A stretch of 63,916 nucleotides of DNA, counting the filler, from Choristocarpus tenellus KU-1152 (taxonomy: Eukaryota > Protista > Phaeophyceae), in assembly GCA_964200185.2 (NCBI GenBank). It is 10 parts of 10 records of this genome, joined end to end, with 100 filler letters (N's around TTAATTAATTAA, not from the genome) between each part and the next. Parts side by side here need not be neighbours in the genome. Positions count along the whole stretch, not along the records: positions 60,694 to 63,916 come from CAXNAD020021433.1; 9 more parts are not named here. The stretch is one strand, 5' to 3'. Below the pieces are notes generated by a model. It saw only the letters and a program-made list of their open reading frames with translations, did no database searches and was not told where the DNA came from. Below, one piece after another: positions 62,288 to 63,916 of this stretch; the stretch's first letter is position 1; each line of letters begins with the position of its first letter. A program made the translations under genes and the position numbers.

Positions 62288-63896
62288 GCTGCAAGTCTTT
62301 CTGTCAGTTAGGGGTTCGTTCTAACTTTGTCTCTAATCTGTGGGGAAGGAAACAGTATGGTCTTTGCACGAAATGAAATTCACTATGTTGTCTTCTCCGA
62401 CGGCGGTAGAAAATCCACTACAAGAATGAAAATGAAATTAATCTCTAATTGAAAAAAAATGGAAAAACAAGAAACGCCCTCCGAAGGTGATGAGAAAATT
62501 CAAACCATCTTCAGAAGGGTTAGTTAGTATGTGCCCTGATGATGAAAGAGCAGTCTGCCGTAGCCCGTGCTAGCTTCCGTCCATTTCGAAACTTTCCTTG
62601 ACATTCCCGAGTGGATTGAGCGATGGAGGTAGGTCTTTGCCCAAATGGTGTCGACTTCTATCGCTCGCCCTTTCTGTGACTAAAGCAAGTGGGGATCGAA
62701 TCACTGGTTGGGGAACGGATGTAACTGGTCGAACGGGATTTGATGTATTGCTTTTTGGAACGAACTAGGTCCTTATTTCGAATTAACCGAAGCATGTTGT
62801 TGTTTAAAGGCAGCACAGACAGCGGGCGAGGAGTTCTGGGTTAAAACAGGTTGAAGCATCGGCGCGAGGGTTACCAGTATACTGTTGACAACCCTGGTGT
62901 GGCAGTGAAGTTTGGCTTGATATCTCATCGTACATGGACGTCCTGTTCTGGCGAGGTAGTCCTAGTTCCTACCTAACGATCGGGGTTTCGGCTGAGGCAG
63001 CGAAAGGGTGTGACATAGCACGTGCATGTGCCATGCTACCCAAATCAGTGTGAGTCTTGTCCTTGCACAATGCAGCTTTTGTAGCATTTTGGTTGGCTGG
63101 GATAAATGCGTATTGGACGCTTCGATTGGATAATTCCTCTATGAGATCACCAAACCTTGAGTGTTGCACCGGGGGTCTTACCGAAGCCGTACTGCTTTTC
63201 ACGATGTTTTGGACTTGAGATGGGATTTTTTCACCACATTTGGCAATGGGAAATACTACCAGAACACGGGGTGATACGTAAGACTTTTCTGATGGTGAAT
63301 TTTATTTTGCGCAAAACCTCTAGTAGTTGTGTTGGCGCTCACTTGTGACCCTACAGACCAATGTGTGAACCCGAACCATGCATAAACGAAAAACAAAAAA
63401 ACAAACCCGGAATCTTGAACTAAAAATTTGTAATACAGGAAAGAAATGTTTCGACTTCTAGATGAAACCAAAAATTTTGGGACCTAGTATTATGGGAGAT
63501 AGTGTGGAAACCCCATTCTGAGTATCCTATGTTTTATACAAGATAGTAGAGACCTATATGCTGATCCCATACTTTCAGACCTCGTAAGCTTGATTACTGA
63601 CCACACACCATCAACCTTAGGCTAATGTTATCCTGATCAGCTATTCATTAAGTGCCTCGTTTATATGTTACACTCAATTATTTATTAATAGAGTTGTGTA
63701 ATACAATGGTGCAATACTAACAGTCATACATGTTTCCCATTTTGCTTCCAGAGCTCACTTTTTTGGTTGACCTTGAATCATGTTTACATGACTCCAAGGC
63801 CGATCAGAAGGGGGGATGATGTGGAAAGCAGGTTTATCTGTTGTTAAACCGTTATTGCCGTATGACATATACCGTTATACCAATTGAGGTTGTGTT

Positions 63897-63916
63897 GACC
63901 CAAAGTATCTGGGGGG
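63897..63916. mobile_element. MITE family A terminus at window end
   Basis: GACCCAAAGTATCTGGGGGG. Confidence 0.7.

Overview
This is intron-rich eukaryotic DNA, not a prokaryotic region. A stramenopile, plausibly a brown alga, is my inference from the gene styles and TTAGGG repeats. The window joins ten draft contigs with an artificial 100-bp linker (N44-TTAATTAATTAA-N44), so adjacency across linkers means nothing biologically. Manual splicing gives eight host genes. Two are complete: YOP1/REEP5-like and FCF1/UTP24. Six are partial: a COG4976-like SAM methyltransferase, a TFIIIC GTF3C4-like protein, a PPR protein, an LRR protein, a PX-domain protein and a ZIP metal transporter. The ZIP gene has a GC-AG intron and an His->Asp change in TM2. 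Mobile DNA is abundant: a full-length but frameshifted plant-type mariner with TIRs and DD37D spacing, a second divergent mariner fragment, Gypsy integrase and LINE RT remnants, and two related G-initial TIR MITE families (18 copies or ends). The MITE families share terminal and subterminal motifs, show 3-4 bp target-site duplications, and sit at many contig breaks. I found no CRISPR, rRNA or tRNA. The MITE system is the best novelty candidate, but I found no strong evidence for a wholly new biological system.
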